64,000 nucleotides of DNA, from NCBI GenBank assembly GCA_020348445.1, contig CP070751.1:615901-679900 (forward strand). Direction: 5' to 3'. Shown in pieces: positions 28,889-38,232 of the stretch. Source of the stretch: Thermoplasmata archaeon (GTDB taxonomy: Archaea; Thermoplasmatota; Thermoplasmata; GCA-020350865). The notes beneath the pieces are model-generated. The model did no database searches, was not told the origin of the DNA, and saw only the letters and a program-made list of their open reading frames with translations. Both the position numbers and the translations under genes were made by a program. The stretch's first letter is position 1. Each line of letters begins with the position of its first letter.

Positions 28889-28956
28889 GTGGGCCTATTG
28901 ACGCTCAGGTTATGCTAGAGGTTGCTATTTCTTAAACCTGAGCATCTCTAGGCCCA
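28889..28956. repeat. Foldback element A2
   Basis: GTGGGCCTA TT GACGCTCAGG [TTATGCTAGAGGTTGCTATTTCTTAAA] CCTGAGCATC TC TAGGCCCA. Three inner-stem base pairs differ from A1 on both arms in a compensated way. Confidence 0.85.
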
Positions 28957-29293
28957 CAAGAATTAAGAATGGTGTGCTGAGCATCTCTAGGCCCCCAAGA
29001 ATTAAGAATGGCGTGCTGAGCATCTCTAGGCCCTTGGTTATCTAAAGACATGAATAAGCCCCCTCCGAAAAATATATAAAGGGGGAGCAGATATATAATA
29101 GGGACAGCCGAAAAAGCATAACAACACTACTTTCAGAGAGGCAGTGTGAGATAGCCTGCCAAACTGTTTAGGGGCGGAGCTACAAGGATTATCGAATATC
29201 TATTCGAGTTGTTAAATCACTGCTCTCATGTTGAGTACATAGGGTTTCTGATTTAAATCAGAAAGCGAATTCGTGCTAAAAGGAGGTTAAAAT

Positions 29294-29482
29294 ATGTCAA
29301 TATTAGCTCCAGCAAAGATGAGGCTATGGATTGAACTGTGGAAGGAGGAAGTGATGGCCTCGATTCCAAAAGAAGAATTACAGCAAAAATTTCAAGGTAA
29401 GCAGATTAAAAAAGGACGAATGCCCACTAAGCCACCCGAGAAGATCCAAGCTAAACTCGAGGGAGGAGGCCAAGTTTTGTAG
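29294..29482 (+). CDS. Small Lys-rich hypothetical protein (62 aa)
   Basis: Strong SD AAAGGAGGT 7 nt upstream of the ATG. No recognisable domain. Lies upstream of the KamA-family gene. Confidence 0.45.
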   Translation: MSILAPAKMRLWIELWKEEVMASIPKEELQQKFQGKQIKKGRMPTKPPEKIQAKLEGGGQVL

Positions 29483-29594
29483 TTGGGCTATTATCGCCAA
29501 TCCTTGGTTGGCTTTGTTTCCAAGGCAATCGTAGAATAGACAACAGTATCGATAAATGCAATACGATTTAAATCCGTGGGGGGAGTGAATCGTT

Positions 29595-31391
29595 ATGGTA
29601 AATAGATGGCAAAATTGCTGGGATGCAAGTGCAGAGATATATACACTTTTAAAGGAAAGTGACACCGTTGACGGTGCAAGGGAGAAACTGATACACCAAC
29701 TTGAAGCCTTGGAATGGTCGTATCGCAGGGACTTTGTGCAGATAAAGTCGTGGGATTACATTGTCCTGAAAGAGGCTGTTAGATGCTTCAAGAATATAAT
29801 ATCACCCAGAAATGAGCGTCTGGCAGATACCTCCGCACTGGAACATTTATGGAAAGCAGCAGTTGAGGGCGACTCCGATGTGAGCGACGACTTCATTATC
29901 GAATTCGAGCATTTATTCAAGGCGATAAAGGGTCATGCAGATATATATCCCTCAACACTTATGAACGGCATAGAGTACCCAGATTTCGAACAATACAAGG
30001 GCAGAGAAGCAGGGAAAATGCGTTCCGACTTCTTGGATATCATGGGTCAAGAAATGGAGAAGTTTATAAAGAGATATCCAAGTGGTTTAGATCCAGAGAT
30101 TTTAAAGAAACGGGAAGAAAACAAAGAGCGTATTTTGGACCTTTTTTCCGCGACACAGGAGAACTGGGACGACTGGAAATGGCAGTTTAGGCATGTATTT
30201 AAAAAGAAAGATGATATAGAAAATTTAAAAAAAGTAATAAAATTGACAGAAGATGAAGAAACTGCCATGAAGCTTGCTTGCGAAAATGGAGTTCCTTTTG
30301 GAGTGACTCCCCACTATCTTCACCTAATGGATTTCGAACCCAATGGCAACGATTATGCGGTGAGGAGGCAGGTGTTTCCACCTTTAAGCTATGTAGAGAA
30401 CATGATAGCCCATAAAGAGGACAGGGAACACGCATTTGACTTCATGCGCGAGCATGACACCTCACCCTTAAATTTGATTACAAGACGCTATCCAAAAGTG
30501 GCCATAATAAAGCCCTATGACTCCTGCCCGCAGATTTGCGTTTACTGTCAGCGCAACTGGGAGATCACAGAACCACTTATGGATTCTGCAGAGGCTCCCA
30601 AGGGTTCACTTGATGATGCCCTGGATTGGTTTGCAGAGCACGAGCAAATGATGGATGTATTGGTCACTGGAGGAGATCCACTAGTCATGAACGATAATAA
30701 GGTGGAGTACATAGTGCGAAGATTGTCAGAAGAGCCCCATCTACGCAGCATAAGAATAGCCACCCGGATTCCCATCACAGTTCCCCAAAGAATTACCCTT
30801 GAGCTTTGCGAAATTTTCGGAAGTTACTATGAAGTTGGTAAACAAACGATCTGCATGGTTACACATTTTTCCCACCCCTACGAGATGACCATGGAAACAG
30901 CAGTGGCCATTCAAAGGATTAAGAAACAAGGAATACATGTGTACAATCAACATGTTTATTCCTTTGCAGGGAGCAGGCGCTTTGAGTCAGTTGCATTGAG
31001 AATAGCAATGAAACAAATCGGAGTGGATCCTTACTACACATTCAACATGAAAGGTAAGACCGAGATCGAAGATTATGCCGTGCCTGTTGCTAGGGTATTA
31101 CAGGAGCGAAAAGAAGAGGCGCGATTGTTACCAGGGGTGTTCCGCTCTGATGAACCTGTTTTCAATGTTCCATTTCTCGGAAAAAATCACCTTAGGGCCT
31201 GGCAGGACCATGAGCTGATATCTATACTGCCCGAAGGGGGGAGGGTATATTCGTTCCATCCATGGGAAAAGAACATCAACAGGGTTAAACCCTATCTTTA
31301 TGTGGATGTTCCAATAAAAACATATTTAGAGAAATTAGAAAAGAGAGGGGAGAATCCCAGGGATTATAGAAGCATCTGGTATTATTACTAA
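29595..31391 (+). CDS. KamA-family radical SAM aminomutase (lysine/glutamate 2,3-aminomutase-like) with ~190-aa N-terminal extension
   Basis: 598 aa. The CPQICVYCQRNW radical-SAM CxxxCxxC cluster is preceded by the KamA-type WKWQFRHVF...VTPHYLHLMD segment, followed by VLVTGGDPLV. Confidence 0.8.
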   Translation: MVNRWQNCWDASAEIYTLLKESDTVDGAREKLIHQLEALEWSYRRDFVQIKSWDYIVLKEAVRCFKNIISPRNERLADTSALEHLWKAAVEGDSDVSDDFIIEFEHLFKAIKGHADIYPSTLMNGIEYPDFEQYKGREAGKMRSDFLDIMGQEMEKFIKRYPSGLDPEILKKREENKERILDLFSATQENWDDWKWQFRHVFKKKDDIENLKKVIKLTEDEETAMKLACENGVPFGVTPHYLHLMDFEPNGNDYAVRRQVFPPLSYVENMIAHKEDREHAFDFMREHDTSPLNLITRRYPKVAIIKPYDSCPQICVYCQRNWEITEPLMDSAEAPKGSLDDALDWFAEHEQMMDVLVTGGDPLVMNDNKVEYIVRRLSEEPHLRSIRIATRIPITVPQRITLELCEIFGSYYEVGKQTICMVTHFSHPYEMTMETAVAIQRIKKQGIHVYNQHVYSFAGSRRFESVALRIAMKQIGVDPYYTFNMKGKTEIEDYAVPVARVLQERKEEARLLPGVFRSDEPVFNVPFLGKNHLRAWQDHELISILPEGGRVYSFHPWEKNINRVKPYLYVDVPIKTYLEKLEKRGENPRDYRSIWYYY

Positions 31392-31402
31392 TTTAAAATG
31401 TT

Positions 31403-33631
31403 CTAGAGCCTCATCTCCCGCTTTTGCAGTCTCACAGCCCTTTCTTTTGCTTTGTTTGCATAATTTATTGCTTCTCGAAAATCTCCTTCTGCAAACAGAG
31501 AATCGGCCTTAACCAGGAAATTTTCAACAATTGTCATGTCCGCGGTACCTCTCATTCCAGAAAGAACTTCCTTTGCCTCCTTAATCGCTTTTAGTGCCTC
31601 ATCGCGTTTTGACATTAGATTATCAATGCGTTCATTTGCATAACCCAGGTATTGCTTTGCCTTGTTGACATCCCCATCGCTCAGGCTCCTTTTTGCTGTG
31701 GAAAGCAGCTGATCTATGTTCGCTGTATCCACGCCCAGAGATTTTGTTTTGTCCAGTTTATCCTGGGCTTTTGATATTTCTTCTCTTGCCTCGCTTTCTT
31801 TTCTTAAAGTTTCGGGATCCTTTACCGGGGCTATCACCCTTTCTGGTGGCTTTTCCCTCCTTGGGGGTGGTTCTCTTCTTTCCCTTGGTGGGATTCTAGC
31901 AGCTCTTTCTCTTCTAGGTTCATATGGTAACGGCTTCTCGATGCTTTCTTTTGGTTCGGCTGTGGGGCCATATGTACCAAAAGGCCTCATTGGCTCTTCA
32001 CCCTCTTCTGGGAAATCACCTTCTTCTGGAAATTCCTCATAAGGCTCTTCCCCCGTAGCCTCACCGTAATGGTTCAGATGCGGGACACCTCCGTAATACT
32101 TTAATGAGACCATGCATGAAATGACGGCTATACCAAGGATTATCACAATAATGACATATATGGCAAGATAGTAGGGTTGCCAGTTGATTCTTACATTAAC
32201 ATTGAGCATCTTCTCTGCAATATCGGTCCCATGTTCTGTGAAGTTGCCCACACCTTCCACATCTATCGCTATTCTTATGCTTCGGTTGCCATATTCAGAG
32301 GGTGCCCATTTTATTTTCACGGTGGCCACTGGATCATTTACTGAGAGGTTATCGAGGTATGTACTCGCAGCCTTTTTGGAGCCATCATAGAGTATAACTG
32401 TGATGTTCGTGGCATCTACAAAACCTATGTTTTCTATGGTAACCGACACAGTGGTGGTTTTGTATTGCATTGGCTCCTCATCTGACATCGAGATGTTGGT
32501 GATGTTTAATACAGGTACGATGATATAATAGAATTCCATTCCGGCAATTAATTCTCCTGTAGAGTTATCCACACAGGAGACGTTGATCGTGTAATTACCA
32601 AGCTGAGTATCAGAGGCGGTTCTGACTCTCAAGGTGTTTCTTTCTAGATCATTTACCCTCACAACCATCTGATCGTGAACAAGATCGATTATTAAAATAT
32701 CAGGCCACTCCATTACGAGGTCCAATTTTAAGTCCATGTTTCCCGTGTTTTCCAATGTAAAGTTGAAAAGGGTATCGCGAAAACCTACAAATCCATCGAA
32801 TATGTCCGGATAGAATACAACACTCCGTCTGGGTTGTACAATTGTGGTAATAGTTATGTTGTCCTGGTGTTTATAAGAATACCAGTTTCTATCCGATTTC
32901 TCCCCCCATATCGTGAGATTCATGACTGCATGTGGAGGGGCATCTTGCGGGGCAGTGACCGTGACATTCACGGCTTTTATACCAGCTGTAAAAAGGTCAG
33001 CCTTAGGCACATTCACATCTGGGTATCTCGAGAAGTCGATTCTCCAGGAATTATTGTCGGAAATATTATGTAAAGTAATTATTACATCCTCATTTACCAT
33101 ATTTCTCAGGATAAGGGTATAATTGACATAATCTAGGTTATTTACAGCCGAGGTCCATGAGGTTCCTCCTTCGATTTCCAATTCCACAACGACCCCTTCA
33201 TCTACGGTGGTGATAACACCAGTTTTGTTAAATTCAGTGGAAACGGTATTTGAAGTTGCGGTTAGATTCAGGATGTCAGTATCGTACGCAGGCCAGCCCA
33301 TTGGAATTGTAACATTTGCAAAAACAATGATACTCTCGTCCACATTCAATGGTCCCACAAAAGATTGACTTAATTCTATTTCCCATTCGTTACTGGAATC
33401 TGCAGATAAAATGAAATTATCTGTTTCATCTCCTGTATTTTTGATTGTGAATTCATATGAAATAGTTTTGGTGGGTAGCCCATTTTGAGCCAAAGGAAAG
33501 GCCGTGACTTCAACTCCAGCGTCGGGATTTCTTGTTCCGTGAGGTTCGTCCGCACTAATCATTGAGCTGATATTCAATGCAAAGAAAGAAAGCAACAGCA
33601 TCCCTATTAAAATAAAATATCTTTTTCTCAT
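31403..33631 (-). CDS. Type I membrane protein with NEW3/CARDB-like (COG1470-type) extracellular domains and a Pro/Arg/Glu-rich + helical-repeat cytoplasmic tail
   Basis: The track ORF is trimmed to the ATG at 33631, behind GGAGGG. Signal peptide MRKRYFILIGMLLLSFFALN. Repeated FTIKNTGDETDNF / FTLENTGNMD / VTIENIGFVDA motifs. TM helix YLAIYVIIVIILGIAVISCMV. Tail contains PPRERREPPPRREKPPER. Confidence 0.75.
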   Translation of the reverse strand: MRKRYFILIGMLLLSFFALNISSMISADEPHGTRNPDAGVEVTAFPLAQNGLPTKTISYEFTIKNTGDETDNFILSADSSNEWEIELSQSFVGPLNVDESIIVFANVTIPMGWPAYDTDILNLTATSNTVSTEFNKTGVITTVDEGVVVELEIEGGTSWTSAVNNLDYVNYTLILRNMVNEDVIITLHNISDNNSWRIDFSRYPDVNVPKADLFTAGIKAVNVTVTAPQDAPPHAVMNLTIWGEKSDRNWYSYKHQDNITITTIVQPRRSVVFYPDIFDGFVGFRDTLFNFTLENTGNMDLKLDLVMEWPDILIIDLVHDQMVVRVNDLERNTLRVRTASDTQLGNYTINVSCVDNSTGELIAGMEFYYIIVPVLNITNISMSDEEPMQYKTTTVSVTIENIGFVDATNITVILYDGSKKAASTYLDNLSVNDPVATVKIKWAPSEYGNRSIRIAIDVEGVGNFTEHGTDIAEKMLNVNVRINWQPYYLAIYVIIVIILGIAVISCMVSLKYYGGVPHLNHYGEATGEEPYEEFPEEGDFPEEGEEPMRPFGTYGPTAEPKESIEKPLPYEPRRERAARIPPRERREPPPRREKPPERVIAPVKDPETLRKESEAREEISKAQDKLDKTKSLGVDTANIDQLLSTAKRSLSDGDVNKAKQYLGYANERIDNLMSKRDEALKAIKEAKEVLSGMRGTADMTIVENFLVKADSLFAEGDFREAINYANKAKERAVRLQKREMRL

Positions 33632-33812
33632 TGCGGAAACCCTCCAAACGGGGGCAGTAAGAGTAAAAGAATGTGACAATATAAATTTAACTATTCCTAT
33701 TTATTATACGAAAAAGGAATCGAAACATTGAATAAGTGGAAGACATTAATCATCGAAGACTTTAAGTCATTTAGAAATGGGCCAACTTGAGCTTGGGAAA
33801 AAGTGGTTAGAT

Positions 33813-35060
33813 ATGAAGTTGACCATGGTGCTGGGAAATGATTTCTTATATCCTTATCTGGACGATAGGGTTTATAGAGAAGCTGCCACATTAAAAGAGG
33901 AGGGCTGGGATGTACGCGTAGTGTGCTGGGCTAGGACAATTACGAACAAATCCTTGGATCATCTTCCCCAAAATGCTGAGTATAAAGGAATAAAAGTAAT
34001 AAGGATTTATCAGAACATTTCTCCCAAAAAGAGCATTTTAATCAAAAGAATTATCCAGCACAGAAGAGCCATGCGAAAAATGGCAAAGAAGATCGAAGAA
34101 ACAGATCCAGATGTCATTCACTACAATGATTTTAACACCCTTTATTCCCTTAGATTTGGTGGAAAAAAGGGTAATGCAAAAGCTTTGTACGATTCCCATG
34201 AAGATTACCCTCTGATGTTAAAAAGCGCAGTTTCTCCCTTTTTCGTGAAAATGGCCACAAGACTTGAAAAACGAATTGTAAAAAAGTACGTGGACGCTGT
34301 AATCACCGTCAGTCCACCGATTCTAAAGAGACTTAATGAGGTGGGTCCTAAAATAAATGAACTTATCATGAATTGCAAGATTCTAAAGGACTACGATATT
34401 CCCGAGACAAAGGTCAGGGAAGCAAGAAATATATTCACCCAGAAACTTAAAAATAGGGATAATATAGGATTTGAAGAATCAAATAATAAGTTCATCCTGC
34501 TGTACATTGGTTCTCTTGGCGAGGACCGGGGGTTGAGGGAGGTAATTTCCGTATTTCAAACAGTAAAAAAGGAAGACAACTTGATTTTAGTAATTGGTGG
34601 CCATGGTGCCATAGAGAATGAAGTGAAAGCTATGGTTGAAAAAATCCAATGTGCTATTTATATTGGTGAGGTGAAAAGCGAACTTGTACCTCTTTATACA
34701 AAGGCCTGTGATGCAGTGAATATGATGATGAATCCAAAGGAGGAGTGGCATAAAATCGCCATGCCTAACAAGCTGTTCGAAGCAATGGCTGCTAAAAAAT
34801 CCATCATAGCAAGTGCAGATACGATTTACGGAGACGTGGTAAAAAAGGAGGAATGCGGGATTGTGATACCATATGGTGATGTAAAAAAATTGAAGGAGGT
34901 TATTACTGAGCTTGCAGAGAATCCCACTCTGAGGATGAAGCTAGGGAAAAACGGATTCAACGCTGCCGTAAGGGAGTACAATTGGGAAAAGCAGGGCAAG
35001 AAACTAAAGGCTCTCTACAAAAGGTTGGCAGGTGATGGTCCGAAAAAAAGAAATTCTTGA
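33813..35060 (+). CDS. Glycosyltransferase family 4 (GT-B)
   Basis: Start set to MKLTMVLGNDF by analogy with the next gene's MKILMVLSDNTF. C-terminal motif NKLFEAMAA. Confidence 0.8.
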   Translation: MKLTMVLGNDFLYPYLDDRVYREAATLKEEGWDVRVVCWARTITNKSLDHLPQNAEYKGIKVIRIYQNISPKKSILIKRIIQHRRAMRKMAKKIEETDPDVIHYNDFNTLYSLRFGGKKGNAKALYDSHEDYPLMLKSAVSPFFVKMATRLEKRIVKKYVDAVITVSPPILKRLNEVGPKINELIMNCKILKDYDIPETKVREARNIFTQKLKNRDNIGFEESNNKFILLYIGSLGEDRGLREVISVFQTVKKEDNLILVIGGHGAIENEVKAMVEKIQCAIYIGEVKSELVPLYTKACDAVNMMMNPKEEWHKIAMPNKLFEAMAAKKSIIASADTIYGDVVKKEECGIVIPYGDVKKLKEVITELAENPTLRMKLGKNGFNAAVREYNWEKQGKKLKALYKRLAGDGPKKRNS

Positions 35061-35110
35061 GGTTACTGCATATGTTCGGGGATAAGAAAAATCCATATCA
35101 AGGGATTTAA

Positions 35111-36304
35111 ATGAAAATTCTTATGGTACTTTCAGATAATACGTTTCCTCCAGACATCAGGGTCGAGAAGGAGGCCAGATCTTTGATTTCTTCTGGCCAC
35201 AAGGTTCATTTACTGGTAAGGGGCTCATCAAACCAGAAAAAGGAAGAGATTGTCAACAACATCCATGTCCACAGATTTTTCGTCCCAACTTATGACATGC
35301 CTTTTTTAGGTTATTCCACTTATTTCTTTATACACAGGTATAAATTAACATATAGGATAATAAGAACGATCAGAAAATATGGTATACAGGCGCTTCACGT
35401 TCATGATCTGCCCTATGGTATGGCCGCTGCAATGGCGGGAAAGATATACAATTTACCTGTGATATTTGACATGCATGAGCATTATGTGGATTTGATGAAA
35501 TCAAATTTTGAGGTGCAGGGAATGAACGTGCCCCTTCTACCAAGCCTGCTTTCATATGAGGAGAGATTGGTATGCAGCAATGCGAAGAAGGTCGTGGTTG
35601 TGGCAGAGGAGGGTATTAACAGAGTCGCACAGCAGCACAAAATTTCCAAGGATAAGATCGTTTTGGTGTCCAACACGGCGGACATCCAACTGCTAAGTAG
35701 ATTCGAAGAAGATCATAAGAAACACAAACATGAAAAAGAAAAGGATGATATCATCCTATCCTATATCGGGATTTTTTCCAAGGATAGGGGAATCGATGTG
35801 CTGCTAAAGGCCATGCCACTTATACTCGATAAGCATGAGAATGTGAAGTTACTTTTGGTAGGGGTGGATCCTTATGTCGAGGAATTAACTGATCTTATTA
35901 AGGATCTGGGCATTCAAAACAAGGTCAAGTTCACAGGTTGGGTTCCAATTTCCAAGGCAATGGAGTATGTTATAGAAAGTGATTTATGTACAGTTCCCCA
36001 TCAAAGCACACCGCAAAGGAAAACAACGCTTCCCCATAAGATATTTCAATACATGTATTTTAAAAAGCCTGTTGTGGTAAGTGATATCCCCCCATTAAAG
36101 AGAATCGTTACCGAGGCCAAGTGCGGGCTCGTTTTCAAGGCAGATGATCACACGGATTGCGCCCAAAAGGTGAATGAAATTCTCGACAATCCAAAAATAC
36201 TCTTTGAAATGGGTGAAAATGGAAGAAAAGCAGTCCAAAGAATATACAACTGGAACGAGGATGCCAAGAAACTGTTGAAACTCTATGAGGAGCTATCAGG
36301 TTAA
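35111..36304 (+). CDS. Glycosyltransferase family 4 (GT-B)
   Basis: 397 aa, paralog of the upstream gene. HKIFQYMYFKKPVVVSD corresponds to the E-x7-E region. Confidence 0.8.
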   Translation: MKILMVLSDNTFPPDIRVEKEARSLISSGHKVHLLVRGSSNQKKEEIVNNIHVHRFFVPTYDMPFLGYSTYFFIHRYKLTYRIIRTIRKYGIQALHVHDLPYGMAAAMAGKIYNLPVIFDMHEHYVDLMKSNFEVQGMNVPLLPSLLSYEERLVCSNAKKVVVVAEEGINRVAQQHKISKDKIVLVSNTADIQLLSRFEEDHKKHKHEKEKDDIILSYIGIFSKDRGIDVLLKAMPLILDKHENVKLLLVGVDPYVEELTDLIKDLGIQNKVKFTGWVPISKAMEYVIESDLCTVPHQSTPQRKTTLPHKIFQYMYFKKPVVVSDIPPLKRIVTEAKCGLVFKADDHTDCAQKVNEILDNPKILFEMGENGRKAVQRIYNWNEDAKKLLKLYEELSG

Positions 36305-37873
36305 TGGCTCATCATCCTCGCCTTTTAGCTCATCTTTAATGTATTTCCCCATCTTCCCTGGGTGAAGAAGATCGAGGAAGAATCGTAGATCGTTTCGTTT
36401 GAATTCCTTGAGCACTATCAATATGGCCAAATAAATAATCATCACTATGAAACCCAATATCAAAAGAAGACCAAGATGATAGGGTATTTGTAGATTTTGT
36501 GATGTCCTGATGGTTGTCCAAACATTATATTCATCCAACAGATAATTTAAACCGATTAAAGATAGCCCAGCGATTAAGGCCGCAACAAGATGCTTTGTTA
36601 TGCATGAACCTGGTCTAATCCCAGTCAATCTATTTGCTGCAATATAGTAGAGTATCAGGAGTATTAAGGTGGAAATTATCGTGGCAAATGCGGCACCAAA
36701 AGCACCCAATCCCAACAACCTAATACCAACAATTTGCTTGGGTATGAAAATAAGGTTGAGAACGATATTGATAAGTGCCGCTGAAACAGCGATTCTAGCT
36801 ATGATCTTGGGTCTATCAAGACCACTTATCAGAGAAAAGTAAGGTTTGGCCAATGTTGATATTAAGATAAATACCGCTAAAGCGGCCAAAACGGGTGCTC
36901 CGATATCCACAAAGGAACTACCCAGTATCAATTCCACGATCTCTTTTCTTTGTATGATGATGAAAGCCGAGATAGGAAAAACGATCATTGAAAGGTACCG
37001 CTCTGCTTTTCTCATAACCTCGCCGATCTCTGCAAGACGATTTTTGGAGGCATAGTAAGAGATAGTGGGAAACAAAATTAGGCCCAGTGAAGCAGAAAGG
37101 TGCCTCAGAATATCGATTATTCGTTGCGAGCCAAAATAATATCCCACATGATCATCGCCCCAGAAGAATCCGATCATAACTCGATCGATATTCAGTGAAA
37201 TTGTGCCCATTATAGCAGCGAGAAAGACAGGGAGGGCAAAACGTGTGTAGCTTTTGAACATCTCTTTCTTTGGCCGGGCAATGGGATATCCTCGAATCAA
37301 TAGTAAAGCCACCACAAAACTCGCAAAAGCACCGATGACATAGGCTCCTGCCAACCAAGTTAGGCCAAGAGGAATCGTAATTGCTATTGCTATAACCAGA
37401 GGACCTCTTGTAACATGTTCTGTCATGTTGGAAATCTGACTTTTGGCAATTTCCCTTCGGGCATTGAATGTATGACCCATCATTTGAACGAGGGTAAGGA
37501 TTATATAGTAAACCAGGATGATGAACAAGACAAATTCCTTTTCTGATTTTCCCTCCTCATTGGAAAATATTCTCCACGCCAGAATTCCGATTAAGGCAAG
37601 CATGGACATAATTGCGATTAAGACGAGCTTAATGGATATGTAAGTTCCAAGACATGTTCCAAGATCTTTTTCTTCTGATATCCTTTTTATATGGGCTGAA
37701 TCGTATCCAAGGCTAGTAATAAAGGAGAACAGGCCAATGAATGATAGTGCAAAACCTATCACACCCAGGATGGTTTCACCCATGTACTGGGCTACAAAAT
37801 AAAGGGAGAAGAAACCGATTACTGCCCCTATGATACTGTTAACCATTATCAGTAACGACTTTCTCGCGATCAA
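36296..37873 (-). CDS. Oligosaccharide/polysaccharide flippase (MOP/Wzx family)
   Basis: 525 aa with ~14 predicted TM helices and typical Wzx-like hydrophobic periodicity. Convergent with the GT genes. Confidence 0.7.
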   Translation of the reverse strand: MIARKSLLIMVNSIIGAVIGFFSLYFVAQYMGETILGVIGFALSFIGLFSFITSLGYDSAHIKRISEEKDLGTCLGTYISIKLVLIAIMSMLALIGILAWRIFSNEEGKSEKEFVLFIILVYYIILTLVQMMGHTFNARREIAKSQISNMTEHVTRGPLVIAIAITIPLGLTWLAGAYVIGAFASFVVALLLIRGYPIARPKKEMFKSYTRFALPVFLAAIMGTISLNIDRVMIGFFWGDDHVGYYFGSQRIIDILRHLSASLGLILFPTISYYASKNRLAEIGEVMRKAERYLSMIVFPISAFIIIQRKEIVELILGSSFVDIGAPVLAALAVFILISTLAKPYFSLISGLDRPKIIARIAVSAALINIVLNLIFIPKQIVGIRLLGLGAFGAAFATIISTLILLILYYIAANRLTGIRPGSCITKHLVAALIAGLSLIGLNYLLDEYNVWTTIRTSQNLQIPYHLGLLLILGFIVMIIYLAILIVLKEFKRNDLRFFLDLLHPGKMGKYIKDELKGEDDEPLT

Positions 37874-38232
37874 TAGCAGGTTCCTCCGATCACATTGGAT
37901 TTGGGCGGACTTTCCATAACATGTGGAAAGGTATACCCATCATATTTCCAATTTCTCTCTCTATTATATATGGGCGATAATTTAGGGGTTTAAGTAACTA
38001 ACTGTTTTTCAATGGAGCCTTTCTTTATTGGATATTACTATAAATCTAAAGTTAGAATGAACAGTAAACTTCTTTTATTGTTTTGGAGATGTTCATATAC
38101 ACACACTCCATATCCTCCAACGCAGAAATAAGGAATCTGTCACAAGGTATAACAAACAATCTTTATATAGAAGAACTTATATATCTGCAAAGAACCCCTG
38201 AAAAAATATGAATATGTATTGGGTGAGGAGAA

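Larger units (their letters stand above)
28733..29040 (+). repeat. tRNA-Ile trailer repeat field: 2 foldback elements plus 3 copies of a 38-39-nt unit, all ending in a tRNA-Ile 3'-end-like ATCTCTAGGCC(C)
   Basis: Foldbacks lie at 28758..28823 and 28889..28956. Units AATTAAGRATGGYGTK-CTGAGCATCTCTAGGCC(C) end at 28859, 28994 and 29033, and the last two are directly tandem. Confidence 0.85.

Noticed and set aside
28758-28956. Integron attC-like recombination sites (imperfect palindromes of ~65 nt).
   Set aside because: The core does not fit the R''/R' consensus (RYYYAAC/GTTRRRY). There are no cassette ORFs between the sites and no IntI-like gene in the window.
28824-29033. Possible mini-CRISPR: an 18-nt repeat CTGAGCATCTCTAGGCC(C) recurring with ~21-nt intervals.
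   Set aside because: The repeats are too short and there are only three or four of them. The supposed spacers (AATTAAGRATGGYGTK) are themselves repeated. No cas genes or leader are present. The pattern is better described as a 38-39-nt tandem unit derived from the tRNA-Ile 3' end.
28733-33700. Integrated provirus or genomic island at tRNA-Ile, bounded by a direct repeat of the tRNA 3' end.
   Set aside because: All tRNA-end copies lie within 300 nt of the gene. No integrase, transposase or virus-like gene follows; a small ORF, a KamA-family gene and a surface protein come next. I found no distal att-like copy by eye.
33777-33812. Longer N-terminus (MGQLELGKKWLD) for the first GT4 gene from the upstream ATG.
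   Set aside because: The downstream start gives MKLTMVLGNDF, which parallels the paralog's MKILMVLSDNTF. The extension has no homolog support. The choice remains uncertain.
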